Part shown: in pieces, positions 23,356 to 36,514 of the stretch
Layout: every line of letters begins with the position of its first letter
Numbering within the stretch: the stretch's first letter is position 1
Assembly: GCA_905178155.1 (NCBI GenBank)
Contig: CAJINV010000004.1
Span: 4,334,518 to 4,398,517, forward strand
DNA from: Amoebophrya sp. A120
Lineage: Eukaryota; Protista; Dinoflagellata
DNA length: 64,000 nt
Direction of reading: 5' to 3'
The notes under the pieces: model-generated
Databases searched by the model: none
Told to the model about the DNA's origin: nothing
The model's input: only the letters and a program-made list of their open reading frames with translations
Made by a program: the position numbers and the translations under genes

Positions 23356-26300
23356 ATGGAAAACTCATGCTCCAGCTCCTCCGTCGTGAGTACAATCTTT
23401 CTCTTCGTGAAGCAGCTACAGAAGCTAGGTCCACTCAGCCCACAAGTGCAACGCGTCATGATGATAGCCTTTTGTGGTTCTTGTGCATCCGCGCAGTCCT
23501 CGTTTTCTCAGCGCTCGTTTATAATTCTCTCCCCAGTGGGTTTATGTTTTCATTTTCTATTGTATGTGTTTTTCGTGAACAACAACAAGTTCAACTCTTC
23601 TTCAGCATTTCATGATGAAAGAACGCAAGAAGATGCTTTTCGTCTTGGAAGGAGCCACTCCCAAGACAGAGTACCGGCCTCCGGCTTCTTCGTGTCCGCG
23701 GCCCCTGTGCAACACGCACAGCGTCACGACAGAGAAGCGCCTACGCCGGATGCTGCTGCATCTTCGACCTCGTCTCCGGGGACAACTTCTTCCGAAACTG
23801 AGAAAGACCAAGACGCGAATAAACACCAGCATACTACAAAGAAGAAAACGATCCCCGCCTCCACATCCTTCGGCGGGTTCCTGGGCCGCTTTCTCAACTG
23901 CGACCACGATCCGTTCTGGCAGAATTTTCGCCAAATCCTCCAGGCGTCCTATAACGCGCTCAGCTGTTACTATCTCAAACGTTACAATGGAGTATGGTAA
24001 TCTGTGATGCAAGAGTGTATAATGACCTAGCCTACTCCCACAGGATTGCGCATGACAAGTTCCGAAGGCCCAATCCGCACTAGATGAATCTGGCGAAATT
24101 TGTATTGCAAAAGGTGGAACGCTGTGCGAGTCTCTCATGCTCATCATGCAACACAAATTCCAGATTCTATTGCAACGTTTGAGATTGTAACACCTGAGCA
24201 GGTTATACGTCCCCCGCGGGCATTCTGGACCCGGAGGTGCTGGTATCAAATGTAAAAATGTCTGGGTCTGGAAGAATGCAACTTGTGATGCTGCATTTGG
24301 ATTCCAGAAAAATCTGTATTGCATGAGTACCAAAAGGAGCGCACTTTTTGCTACGCGGAGACGGCATCTGTCATGCGGAATAGGCATCAAGAAGCTCTCA
24401 AAAAATCTGTGATGCTAGGGCATGCATCACAGACATCAGGGCTCATGCAAAACGTGCATGACAAGTGTCAGCATCTTCCAGACCCAGACATTTTTACAGT
24501 TGATAGCTGGGCGCCAGCTACCACGTCTGGCGCCGGTGGAACAGCTGGATTGACGTCCTGGAAACCCGGGATCTGTTCCGCCAGGGCAGACTCCGCTTGT
24601 TCTTCACCGTGGATAATCTCGCGATGAAACCGATCACCGACTACCAGCAGCTCATCGACACGGTCACCTACGCGCACCACCAGGGCCTGTTCCAGGAGCA
24701 GTTCACGGACTTTTCCGAGCAAAATCTCCGCGTTTTCCCGACATCGAACATGTTTCCCGGGGGGGAGATGATAGACCAAGTTTTGGACCAACTGGACGCT
24801 GACCTCGCGAGCCAAAACTTTGAGAACGCGGAGCACCGGGAAGCTGCCATTCTCAAAGCCTACCAAACCGGCCTCTCCCTGGGCGAGGCCGGGGCCGACT
24901 ACTCGGCGAAGGCCAGTATGATCCGCCTGCAGGCGAGTCACCACCAAGACGCGGCGAAACTGGACGAGAACGAGTTGGAAGAGTGGATTACACAGGAGAC
25001 GAACAAGCATTCGGTGTTTGGCGACGTCAGCAGTTTCCAGCTGTTCCTCAAGTGCCCGCCGGGGTACATGTTGATGCACTTCATCGTGATGACGGTGCAG
25101 CGAATTCGCAGCCACCCGAGCTGGGACGAGATGGACCTGTTTTGGAGAAACCACATGCGTTATGCATTGCAAAAGTATCGCACTCGTCGGTCTAATTCCA
25201 TTCATGCATGACAGATTCACTTTTTTACCTAAATACGCATGACAAACTGCATCTTTGTTCTACACAAAATTTGGGATGCAATTTGTGCTAGTACGGTACT
25301 TTTGCAATGCATATGCGCATCATGAACTCCCTGATGGGGTGGCCGGCGTTCTCGTTGGATTTCCTCGACGCCGGCGACTGGGGCCTGCACGCGTTTGACA
25401 TGTTGATAAACGTCAAAAGGATACCGTGGTACGGGGAAGTAGGGGAACAAGGGGAGGACGATCATGATGCTGGCGGGAACGAAGTAGAGGACAGCAAAGG
25501 GGCGACCGCAGCGGCGACAACTCTTGCAGAAAGAGATCGGTATCAAAGAGAACACTTCCGGGATTATGAGGATTTTTTCGCGCAACAACCGATGTCCTAC
25601 GACGTGACACGGGGCAATGCCTTGCTCATGGAAACAAGAACGACTCCTGTTGATGCGGTCAACGCACCATCTGGGAAAGATCCTGAAAGTGGTTCTTCAG
25701 CTCCTGCAGGGGAGGTAGGTTCTACTTCAGGTGAGATGTTGTTGACTCCTGAACCGCAGGACGTGTTCTTCACCACAGCACCGATTGAAGATCGAATACG
25801 GCTTGAGGATGAGGGAAAAAGTGGCGAAGATCGAAATTCTCCCTCTCTCCAGCGTATCCTCGCTGGCGTCGAGGCCTGGAGGAGACAGCATGGAGTGAGT
25901 GGGCAAGGGCATTTGGGGATGGGCGGCAGCAACGGACGAGGACCACTAGCAGGGGCAGAGAAAGTAGACAAACAGGAAAACCAAGACGCGGCCTCGAACA
26001 TAGGCAGAAGTGAAGAACTTCTACAGGCCTCTAGCCGTCGATGCGAAAGCTCCTCTCAAGAAACGACCACATTGCTTCCTCCCTACAAACCCTCTTGGCT
26101 GGAAGTGCTGAGCAAGGAGTTGTTTGCGAAAATCCTGGCGCACTTCGTGACAACGGCGGATAATGATAATGAAGGTGATGATCTACATGGCGATGGAAAA
26201 ATAAACCTCCCACTTCTCCTCCGCCAAATTCGGGCATCCGCACCGCACGCAGCGGACGTTGTTGGATACTTTCACCAGTGGATGAAAATGTCGGCATCAG

Positions 26301-29020
26301 AAGTAGAGGGGCCGCAGCACGAGCTGCAACCTCCGACAGAGCAAACAAAAGCTACAAGCCTGGTGCCGCCCACAACAGTCAACCCTATAAACGCAATGCG
26401 CAACACAGGCAACGACGTGGTGCTGAGAAAGTTGTTCCGCACGGTCAGGGAAAATTTTCCCTTGCGGGTCCGGAATGGGGCGCAGGTTTTAGACTTCTAC
26501 ATCGCACATGCTTTCGGAAGTGGAGTGCTTGCGTCCAAGAAGTCTACGACCACACCAGGCAGGAGTATGTTTGGTAGGAGTCCACATTTTAACAGTCACT
26601 TCCCACATTACCTTCCCGAAGAGAGCATTGGGCAGACGTTGCTGCGACTCTCAGTAGACAGGGAAGTAGGGCGACGACGAGTGGGAATGACCTCGTCCTC
26701 TTCTTCGCCCAAGATCCGCATCTGCGTGTTTGGTGAGCACGGGCCGACAAATATGGACTACTTGTCTTCTCTTGTCGCGGCGCTGGACGTACCAAGAGGG
26801 TCAACGTCTACAGCTGCCTCTTCGTCCTTGAAAAAAGACCACAGCACAGCAGCCGGAAAAGAACATGAAGAAGACGACTCTGAAGATGCGATGAAAAGCA
26901 AGAAAATCGAGATTGAGCACTACTTTTCGCACCGTTGGAACCTGCGGAACACCACGCAGGGCGACAACATGCGCGTCCGTGTCTCTTGGTTGGAGTTTTT
27001 CGGCATGCCGCTCACAAAGTCCCAGGGCAACAAGCATTCCGAAGACAGCGGCCCGAAGCTCGAAAAATTTTTTGGCAGTGAAAAAAACACGGATTTTGGC
27101 CGAAAGGACGTGTTGTACGAGAGAACGGAGCAGTGGCGGCTATCAGAGGTGATTTCGGAGCTCGTCGCGTTTCTGGACCATGACGATTTTTTTCAAAGCG
27201 CGGACATCATGATCGGGTGCGAACCCTTCTGGCTCTGTCCGGTGCTCAATGCCGTGCGCAAGGTGATGGTGAGCACCAGAGCAAACGACCAAAGCACTAC
27301 TACCCTCCGTCATGATCTTCATCCCCCGCAACTGATCGCGAAGCTGAATATGTGTCCGATGTTTCTGTACCATGGGCACGTGAAGGACGACGATCACGTG
27401 TCCATCTTTTCTCTCTACAGGGACCTCCTGCAAGACGGCACGCCGCTGTCCTCCGCCTGTCGGATTAGCGCCGAGATGTGGGGTTTGCAGTTCCGCAAGG
27501 AAATCCCCTACGTGCCGTTTCTCGGGCTGCACACGCAGCCCGCGGTGTATCAGAGACAGGAGAAAGACATTCTGGTCTTCCGCACGTTCTTGCCGATGAT
27601 ACACACGTTTCTCAGGGTGTTGAACTTGTTCGAGGAACACTTCGATTCTACCCATGATGTAGAAGAACGAGCGGAACAAGATGCGCAAGAAAACCAAAAG
27701 AGCCTGCAAGAACTGCAAGAGGGTCGAACTGCAGCTGATTTTGAAAACGCCGAAAGGTCGTCGCTTCTCCCGAAATCTGAAGCCACGTACGCGGAATTTC
27801 TGATGTTGGAAAGCACGAGGAAACCGGGCGGCGGAAGTTCAGCAAACGAAGAAGAGATGGACGAGATGAGCACAGATCATGATGACAGTGACACTCACTG
27901 CCCAGAAGTACCGCAAGATGAGCTCCCAGGAAGGCGTCAGAAACAGCGTAACTCGCTTGGGCCAACCAGGATTGTTGACACGGATATCGCTCTACCACGA
28001 CCACGCCGCAAATTTGTCACCATGGACTCCGGGCGAAATCTCGCTTACCAGGAAATTGCCAATTTCGCCGCCGTGGTGTTGCTGCCGCACGTCCCGAATG
28101 CGCTGCGACTTAGTGACATGCAAGCCATGCACGTTCCCATCTTTGTCCCGGCAGACCCGTACATCCACAAGATTGTGTGGCCGTTCGCGGGCCCGTACTG
28201 CGGCCGAACCAGTCCCGAGGAAATTATCCGCAGAATTGCACAGGGTGGGGAGCGCTACCAGCTGCTTGTGAAGAACGAGGTATTAAGTGATAAGGGAAAT
28301 AAAAAGCCTACGGGGATGAAACAAGAAGGGCCAACACGACCCCTGTCGAAAGATGCAAGGGAAAGCACGGACGACACAGTACGAGGAGCGCCATCTTCGT
28401 CAAGAGCCTCTTCTTCTTCTTCCATCAGACCCGACAAGCTTTTCGACTCCGACAACTTCCTGCCGCACCACCCGTACTCGCCCTTTGATTTTCAGTCCAC
28501 TGCGGAGCTCCTCTTTGAGCGGTTTCACCACGACCGGAGGTATTGGCTGCAGTTCACTGAGTGGGCGGAGCGGGGAGACTTGCTGCTGAAATTTTCGTCG
28601 GTGAGGCATCTGTTTTTTTTAGGTTCCAGCGTTTCGGATAGGACGTTGGATAGGTACAGCTATAAGCTGCGGAGAGATATCAACCGCAAAAGTGTCTGTG
28701 TCTCGAAGGTTGCAACTTGTGATGCTGTCGTTGGAGGCTAAAAAAATCTGTATTGCATGACCAGCACGGGGAGTCCAGTTTTTGCTACGCGGGGAGGGTA
28801 TATCTCATGCGGAATATGCATCGCAAAGCCCTCTGAAATTCAAAATCTGTGATTCTAGGTCATGCATTACAGGCGTCATTGGTCATGCAAAATGTGCATG
28901 ACAATCCTAGCATCTACTATGCAGACCCAGACATATTTGCAATTCATAAGAGACCAGGAAAGGCGGAAAGCCGATGCTATGAACTGGTGGAACTACGCCT
29001 TGAGATTGGTACTTGAGTGA
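23356..29020 (+). CDS. Large hypothetical protein, possibly glycosyltransferase-like C-terminus; 4 introners
   Basis: All four junctions restore frame (QAS-PAGILDPEVLG-ASYHVW; NHMR-IMNS; LRRD-QERRKADAMNWWNYALRLVLE*). C-terminal AAVVLLPHVPNALRLSDMQAMHVPIFVP resembles a GT-B-type segment (weak). Start uncertain. Confidence 0.75.
23950..24207. mobile_element. Introner family D (opposite orientation to 7650-7914), 258 bp
   Basis: DR cgtcc/cgtcc; interior is the reverse complement of 7650-7914. Confidence 0.92.
24244..24505. mobile_element. Introner family A, 262 bp
   Basis: Family A TIR; DR gctgg/gctgg; frame restored. Confidence 0.92.
25161..25313. mobile_element. Introner with family-B-type TIR, 153 bp
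   Basis: tatgcattgcaaaagtatcgcact / agtacggtacttttgcaatgcata; DR tgcgt/tgcgc. Confidence 0.9.
28678..28948. mobile_element. Introner family A (diverged), 271 bp
   Basis: tatcaaccgcaaaagtgtctgtgtctcgaa / cagacccagacatatttgcaattcata; DR agaga/agaga. Confidence 0.88.
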
Positions 29021-29950
29021 TGTTATGTAACGAAGAAAGTGCGCCTCTTTGATGTTCAAAGTACTTGCGACCTTATCATGGAGGCAAGCCGCCCTCCGAA
29101 AAGTAAGTACATTATTGTTCCACACCAAACTACAACGCAAAGAGGCCTAAGCCTTTCGACGCTTGTGATTACATACCGAACAGCAACAGATCCATCCGCT
29201 GACTGCTGTTACATGATCGATCTCGCCTTAGAGGGCCCGTGTGATTTGCAGTACCGTGGTTCTGCTGTAGTAAGTAGCAAACCTGTTCAAGTTCAACAAG
29301 TAGTTTTCCCTTTTCCTCTGAGCCAGTTAGTTCTACCAGCTGATCAATGAGTCAAGTACTATTATACACGTCTGAACGTTCATCCTTACGCGCGATCGCA
29401 CAAAGCGCGATCTTTCTGTTTTGACGCAGAAGTACGCTCGCGCTTCCCCAATAGATACAACATGCCGCAGAGTTGTGAATCCTAACCCTAAGCCTAAAAA
29501 CCTCAACGAATGACTTTTGTTCAGGCGAAATAACAACTCTCTTGGAATTTAGCTCTCATCTCTACGTGCTCTTTTTGCGGCAGCGAGTCGCGTTGTAAGA
29601 TAGCGTCAACTAATAGTTCCGCTAATCGCATTAGTTCCTTCTCTGTACGATTTTTAGAACAATAAACGTGTTTCTGGCAATGTGCATCAAATCAATGTTG
29701 ACAACGAGCCGCCGAGAAATTTTGAATAAAGTCAAATGCAATGAATTTTGCTGAGCAGTCTGCATTGTTTTGAAGGAGAAATAGATCTTACACCAAGATA
29801 GCACTTTTCCGAGGATTTCTTTTTTGTATATACTTTTCGCTGTAGCAGCTGTACCATTCTAAGTACATCTTCTAGTAGTGGCTTCCTACATTTTTTGTAT
29901 ATCTACTTATATCTGAAACTAACTTTTCTTCATTTTCAAATTATCCGACA

Positions 29951-32807
29951 ATGGGCGGAAAAGCGCGGACAACATCAAACACGCCCAGGATCGTCGTCTT
30001 GGCGGCCTCCGCGGTCGTAGCTAGCGTAACTAGCGGCCTCGTCCGCAGCTGCTACGCAGCGGGCACAGGAGGAGTAGGAGACCGCGACCCATGGCGGATC
30101 CGGGAGCCGCGCGCGCCCCCGCGGGAGGATTTGTTATCAATGCCAAAGAAGAAAGTGTTGAAAAGGGCACGGAAAGAGGCAAACATACGCGACCTCGGAG
30201 AGGACACCAGCACCAGCAGTGAGGACGAAGAAGAGGATCAGCCGCCAACCAAACAGCCGAGAGCGGAAATCATCGCCATTACAGGCACAGGCTTTGGCCA
30301 TGACCATGAAGATGATACGTCGACTCAACGTCAAGAGCGATCCCCGCTAGATGAGATGCTCGTCTCCGCGCACGAAGGCAGTGGCGGCACTGGGGGCTCA
30401 CCGGATTTTCGCCCGGAGGGAGGCGACCAAGTAGACCAAGGCACGCCCGAAGCGTTGATCAACCTGAACGGAGCACCTGTAGCCTCACTGTTCCCGGGAC
30501 GAACAAGTGCAGATCACACCTCCACCTCGAGTATGTCAGCACACACTGGCACGCCACTACCGGACGCTTTGCTTGCTGCAGTTCCTGACAACCTCAAAAA
30601 ATTTTTGGATCCGGCAGAGAGCGCAGCTCTAGCTCGAGCTACATCACATCGTGATGATGCACGTCCGGTAGAAGTACAACCTCCACCAGCGCCTTCGTCG
30701 GACTCACCTAGTAGAAGTCGCGAAAATCGAGGTGAACAAACTCAAAAACCGATGTCCGAAGCGTTCAACACAGCATCGCAACAGAGACCACAGTCGACCA
30801 TAGTACCGCTCTGCGGGCATTGCGCGGAAGATAGCAAAGCGCACGGGCAAGAACGACATGCAGGTCGTCCACCTGTGGACGATGCTGCACTAAATGTATC
30901 AAATTCGGTAGGACAAGAACCCTCTGACGCAGACAAGGCAAAAACTTGGTTTCTCCACTCCGTGGCTCCGACCCTGGAGAAGGTGAAATCGTTTCTGAAC
31001 CAGCAGCAGCTGCGCCTGTTGGGGTTGACAAGGGATGGGGAAATAAGCGCTTCTGGAAGAACACCAGTTGCTCCGTTTGATTGGGATGAAACGATGGATT
31101 TTCGTGTGACAGAGTTGCTGGGGGCTGATCCACATGAACATCAAACAGCGAACCCGGAAAATGCGCGTGGAGGTTCCACCGCAGTCGTGAGGAAACTTCT
31201 TCACACACGTCTTCTGGATTCTCTCCGTGCCCTCTTTTTTGCGGACAACAACCTGCCGGATGGCGCCCAGGTGAGCGACGTAAACCAGCAAGCCGAAATG
31301 TCTTCTATCGAAGCGCAGGTACAAATAGAAGTGTTTCGTATTTATTCACGGTGGGACTTTATCCAGTTTTTCTTGTCTTGTGCAGAGACCACTGAGAAAA
31401 AAAAAAGACCTTGACCTTCAAGTAGTACATGCGCATAAGTACTTAAAATTAAATCGAATATGATACCTTCTTCTCCAGTTTTCGCCATCCCGGACTAGCT
31501 GCAAAACTGGAGCCAACATACCGCCCGCGTCGCTTGTTCTCATTAACCGGCTTGAGGCCTTTGCGCAGAATTTTCTGGAGTATTTGTTTCGACAGGAGCA
31601 TGAGCAATTGTTGCAGGTGCAGGACCGTGAGTTCTTGGACAAGATGTTTCCAAGTTGGCGCACACAGCTGCACCAACAGCAAGCCCTCTTCACCGAGGCG
31701 GACTTTGAGAAGTCCAGCGCGGTCTCGGTGTATATCCGGAAATTTCTCGACTACAACAAGCAAGGCATCCAAATGCGCGCTGCACATAGAGTCGTTCCCC
31801 CCGGTGGATCTCCACTCCTTACGTCTTCAAACGGTGCTGGTGTAGTCGGGTCAACGTCAACTGACGAAATCGGAATACTATTCACCGGATACATGAGTGA
31901 GGATGCCCATTCTTCCCTACTGCGAGTGTCAGACTGGGAGAGGTGGCAAGTGCTGGCAAAGATCACGATCAGTGTGCCAGAAAGCGCTGATCATACCGGG
32001 ATCGCGACCGGCGCAAAGGTATGAGTCTTACGTTTGAAATTCAAAGGAGATATAAATTGTTTTGTTTCATTTTTGACAGGTACTGGTACTTCACGATTTC
32101 CTATAAATTACATGGCTTGACTTTGATTTTTCTTGATGGCTGCAATCACCTGTGTCAGTCTTAGCGTAATGTTTTAACGCTCTTTCGAATAAATACCGAC
32201 TCGAAGTACTCAAACTCCAAGGCATCAGCAGCGCACATCGTAATGATCACCTATTTGTTCACCACAGATTCGATTGGAGCTTCCCGGAATGCTCGCTTTC
32301 AGCCCTCCAAGCTCCGAGCCACTCGAAGTTAAGATGAACCACGCGCAGCACAAAAAGGAACTCTCTGGAAGATCTGAACGGGGGCCCTTAATCCTGGATC
32401 TGAACGGTCTCACCTTGCCGCCACCGAATATGATTTCTGCCAGACCCGACGACGGCACTTTTGAAGACCCATTGGATGCTGCTTTCGAAGATCCGATCGG
32501 ATTTTTCCGCAAGGACCAAGCGTTTCGTGCCTGGGTGCTTCAAGATGTCCCGCTATCCAAGCAGGCGGACCTTTTTGCCCACTACCAAAGCGCGCTACAA
32601 AGGGAAGCGGCGGTAAGAGGCCTGCGAGAGGAGAAGAAAGAGACGAAGCGACTGAACATGCAAAGAAGAAAAACTTCCCGTCCCAAGTCGCAGTTGATTA
32701 AGCGTCAGCAACATAGGGAAAGCGGAAACACAGCGATGAAAAGTCCTACACTACAAAGGATGACCAGGGTCAAAAAAAGAGCTGGAACACTGAAAGACAA
32801 AAAATAG
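29951..32807 (+). CDS. Hypothetical protein with signal-anchor-like N-terminus; two GT-AG introns (31271 or 31319 to 31478; 32019-32267)
   Basis: Three long + ORFs joined by phase-0 GT-AG junctions; no introners; no family recognised. Confidence 0.62.
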
Positions 32808-34040
32808 ATAGTTCCCTGACTGTCGTGACAACTACGTAGTTGCTGGCCAGGTGTTTTGATTGACATCGGCTCCAGAAGAAGGACATTGACGCAGCTGCAG
32901 AGTGAATGACTAATTATGCTTGTTGTGCAAGAAGTCTAACAAAAAGGGCTGGCGCTCGTGTAGCAACATGAAAAATGAAATAGATACTGGTGCGGCGGAA
33001 CAGGCGGATATCGTGGTGTAGTATGCGAGTGGTTCTAGCTGCGGTTTGAAAGAAAGATTCGAAGTTTTGATTACTAGAACAAAGACATGTGCCACTTAGC
33101 TGGCCAGCATTGGCCTGGTTTTGGAGTGTGGCACGTCGCACGATGAAAAACAAAAATTATTATACTAGCTGCTGTTGCCGCATTAAATATAAGGTGATGG
33201 GATCCGTGGAAAAAAATGAAATTGGCGGTTAAGAGTTTAGTTTTTCGCGACAGCCACAAGCTAAACAAGTATGCAAGCGGTCGGATAAAGAGAAAGAAGC
33301 ACGGTATAAATAAGATGCTCGGCCAACTGCATGCTGAAGACCCTGCCTCACACTCATTCAAGACAAGACAGGCACTGGGTTCTAAGTAGGACCAGCAGGC
33401 ATGCCTACAGTATCTTCAGCAGCGAAATTCTGCTACTGAGTAGTGTTGAGCCCGCGCTGCTGCACGAAAAAGGAGTATAGTTGCGGATGAAGAGAATGAC
33501 TATGCTAATTCTATCTAGATCCTGACGGTTGATGTCAATGTTTGTTGTATGTGTACGATTGCAAGTGCATCTTCGAAGTGCTTATGAAAGATTGACAGTG
33601 AGATGAAAAATGAAGTTATAGAGATGGAACCAATCACGAAGTCGAAGAGCACAATAATTAAGGAACAAAAGCAGGAAAGCAAACCCAGTAGAAATGCGCT
33701 AGCAACCCTGGATCAAAAATCTTGATCTTCGCTGAAGATATTTGTTCTCTTTTGTGTTCGGATACCGTTCGAAGTTGAGAAACTTCAACGGATGTTGAGA
33801 ATATGAAAATCATCAAGTGCACAAGATAGTGGTTTCTTGTGCCCGTTTTCCTGGTCGTGCTTCTTTTGTGCCCGAGACTGTGTTGTTTTGGCCAGGTCGT
33901 GTCTTAAGTACTCGCACTTGTGCTCAAGCACAAACATACGAATTCGTAGCTGAGTAGTTGTACTTCTCAAGTGCTGCGAAGTTGTTGCGTTTTTCGTTCT
34001 TTTTTTATTTGAACCCGGCCTCTGAAACCCAAGTTCCAAG

Positions 34041-34704
34041 ATGGCGGCCGCCTTGCGGTCTATCGGCAGTGCCTTCGCGGCTCAGACGCAGCCCGGGTCT
34101 GCAGGTATTTCTATTTGGAGAGAAAAATATGGTTCGCTTGGTTTTTTTTCATGTTAAGCTAAGTTCAAGTGCCCCAAGAACCTTCAAGCAAATGCGAAAA
34201 ACAGGTTACTCACTCGCGTTCGGTGCCGCGTGCGGTATCGGGCTTTCGGGTCTGGTGGCGGCCGGCCGAGCGGGCTACGTCCTGTTTCTATCGCGAGAAA
34301 AAAGTGTTACATTTACACATTTGTTGGAGTTTCTGCATCACAAAGTTCCTCGACATGGCAACGAAAACCAAAACCTGCTGTGATGCGCAGACCACTATCA
34401 GGGAAAACTAAAACACGAATGAAATGAGGTTGGCAGGCATTTCCTGCATGACAGAGGTAGTTGTCTGTCTTGCTTGTCTTCCATCAGAGTGTGTAAATGT
34501 CACAGTTTTTTCTCGGGATAGATTCTCGACCACGACTACTACAAGCTTCAGTCAAGGCAGCGGTATCTGGACAAGCAAACGATCTTTTTCCAGGGGTTGC
34601 AGGAGGAAAACGAAGCCCACCGCCTGGCTGCGTTGGCGCAAGAATTTGACCCCGTGGCCTGTCGCGCGCCTTTTAGTGCGGTGGAAAAGCAATACAGATT
34701 TTGA
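34041..34704 (+). CDS. Small (~108 aa) single-TM protein; GT-AG intron 34105-34204 plus one introner
   Basis: Spliced: MAAALRSIGSAFAAQTQPGSAGYSLAFGAACGIGLSGLVAAGRAGYVLFLDHDYYKLQSRQRYLDKQTIFFQGLQEENEAHRLAALAQEFDPVACRAPFSAVEKQYRF*. Confidence 0.75.
34289..34520. mobile_element. Introner family E, 232 bp
   Basis: tatcgcgagaaaaaagtgttacatttacaca / tgtgtaaatgtcacagttttttctcgggata; DR gtttc/gattc. Confidence 0.9.
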
Positions 34705-36514
34705 ACTCGAGAAGAATCTCGTCTGCAAGCCAATAAAACTATGTGATTTTCGTGCTGGAATAAATCTTTAAGTTCACCGGCGTCGATAGTACTAAGGCCC
34801 ATGCTGTGAGGACACCGGGAGATTTGGTTTAGGACCTGCTTGAGGCCCCCTCGCACACACAAACAAAAACACCAGATATTAAAAGCCTATGCAATTTTTG
34901 CATGAATATTCCTCTACTTCTGTCTTGGGGTTGATCTTCTGGTCGTCTCACGTCTAAAGGAGGAGCTGTGCTGGGCTTCTTCCTCGTCAAATGGAATGTA
35001 CTCACCAGAAGGAAATTGTAGCAGATACTTCGCGAATTTAAGCAGATCCAAAAGTTGCCGCTTTTTATTTTTTTGGCATTGCGAGGACGAAGGTCAAGCC
35101 TTGACCGTCAAGGTAGCAGGTCCAGGTGGCACTCCCCATGACAGCCATCTGGCTGCATGCTGGAGAAGCTTACCGCTGAATCCGCTTGCGCGGGGGTTAC
35201 GCACTTGCTTGGGCCGATAGGGATAGAGAGGGCGACTGAGAAGGGCGGTCGGCCCCTGCAGCCAACAAAATTTCTGTGCGCCCGGTATTGCTGCCCCAGT
35301 TGCCCTCTGGCCTGCTTCTAGTATTTTTGTTGGAGCAGGCGCATTTTTTAGCCTCATCATGATGGTGCTCAGTCTTCATTTTTGCGCTATGCAGCCTCAC
35401 CTCGTGCGCCTGCGTTGCCTTGTCCTTGTTTTACGATGTGGCGTCGCATTTTCAGTCTTTACGGCACATTCGTAGAGGCACACGCGGCCGCTCGGAAGCA
35501 AAGCAGCCCGCCGCGACGTTTTTACTCGCGCGCGCCAAAGGTTTCGGCGCAGGGGTGTTGCGCGTCTCATAGGGTGGCCGGGAATAAAAAAAACAGCTGG
35601 CCACCGTGCGGAGCCACTGCACGAGCCGCGGCGCCACTTCGCGAAAACATTAAAAGCGAACAAAAACAAATGTTCCGCGCGCAGGTCGCGCAAAGCAAAC
35701 AATTCTCAAAGCCAAGAAGTTGGGCCCTCCGTGTGGAGGGTTGAGTGAGAATGTCGTGCTTCGTTGGACAGGAAGTTTCGGCTTCTTCTTGCGCCGCTAG
35801 CGGCCCACAAAGAAACCGGCCCCTCCGCCCGGAGGGGGCGCTTTCTTTAGGACCCGGAAGCACCAAAAGCGCCGACTTTCAGTAATATCCAATACTGTGC
35901 AGTAGTACGTTGCAAAGATAGTCATCATGTAACGTACTATCTTCGTGATCGTGAGCCTGCTTCAAGGTCTCTCTCACCGATAGATTTTTTGTTTTCGTAA
36001 AAAAAATCACAGATTCGTGGTCGTGGAATAACTCATCTAGTATGTAGCACGAAGAAAAACAAAGATGACGTTGAAGTTCTTGTGGCTGAAAATTTGGATA
36101 ATTTGCACTTCATCCAGTATCCATTTTCTGATACTTTGTGCCTCGGTCGTTGTCGTTTTCGAATCTAATCTTCGTCTATGCAGCTTCTAAATAAACCAAC
36201 GTCGGCTTCGTGGAGAAGAAGCTCTTGTTGCTTCCCTACTTGTTTTCATCTACCATTCAACTCGTCAAGAATCATTATTCGTCTGATTTTTACCAGGTAC
36301 GTCAGTTGTTGTTTTTTTGCAGCGGTTATTCAGCTGCATAAGAAGATATCAAAGTAAACGGGCGCTAATAGATCGGTATTAGAAGGAGGGGGATGCTTTG
36401 CTGATGTGAAATTATATTTGATTTGCCAAGGAAGTCGGTTGAAAGAAATATTGCGACTCAGCACTCCTTTGATTCCTTTGTAATTTTCAGCTACTCTTAG
36501 CCCGCTTTTTCAGA

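Noticed and set aside
24468-25220. Long minus-strand ORFs (e.g. 24468-25220, 23602-24390, 19838-20470, 48954-49586)
   Set aside because: Antisense shadows of GC-rich + strand exons and introners; no recognisable motifs.
29481-29498. cctaaccctaagcctaa telomere-like tract
   Set aside because: Only about three degenerate units; too short to call.
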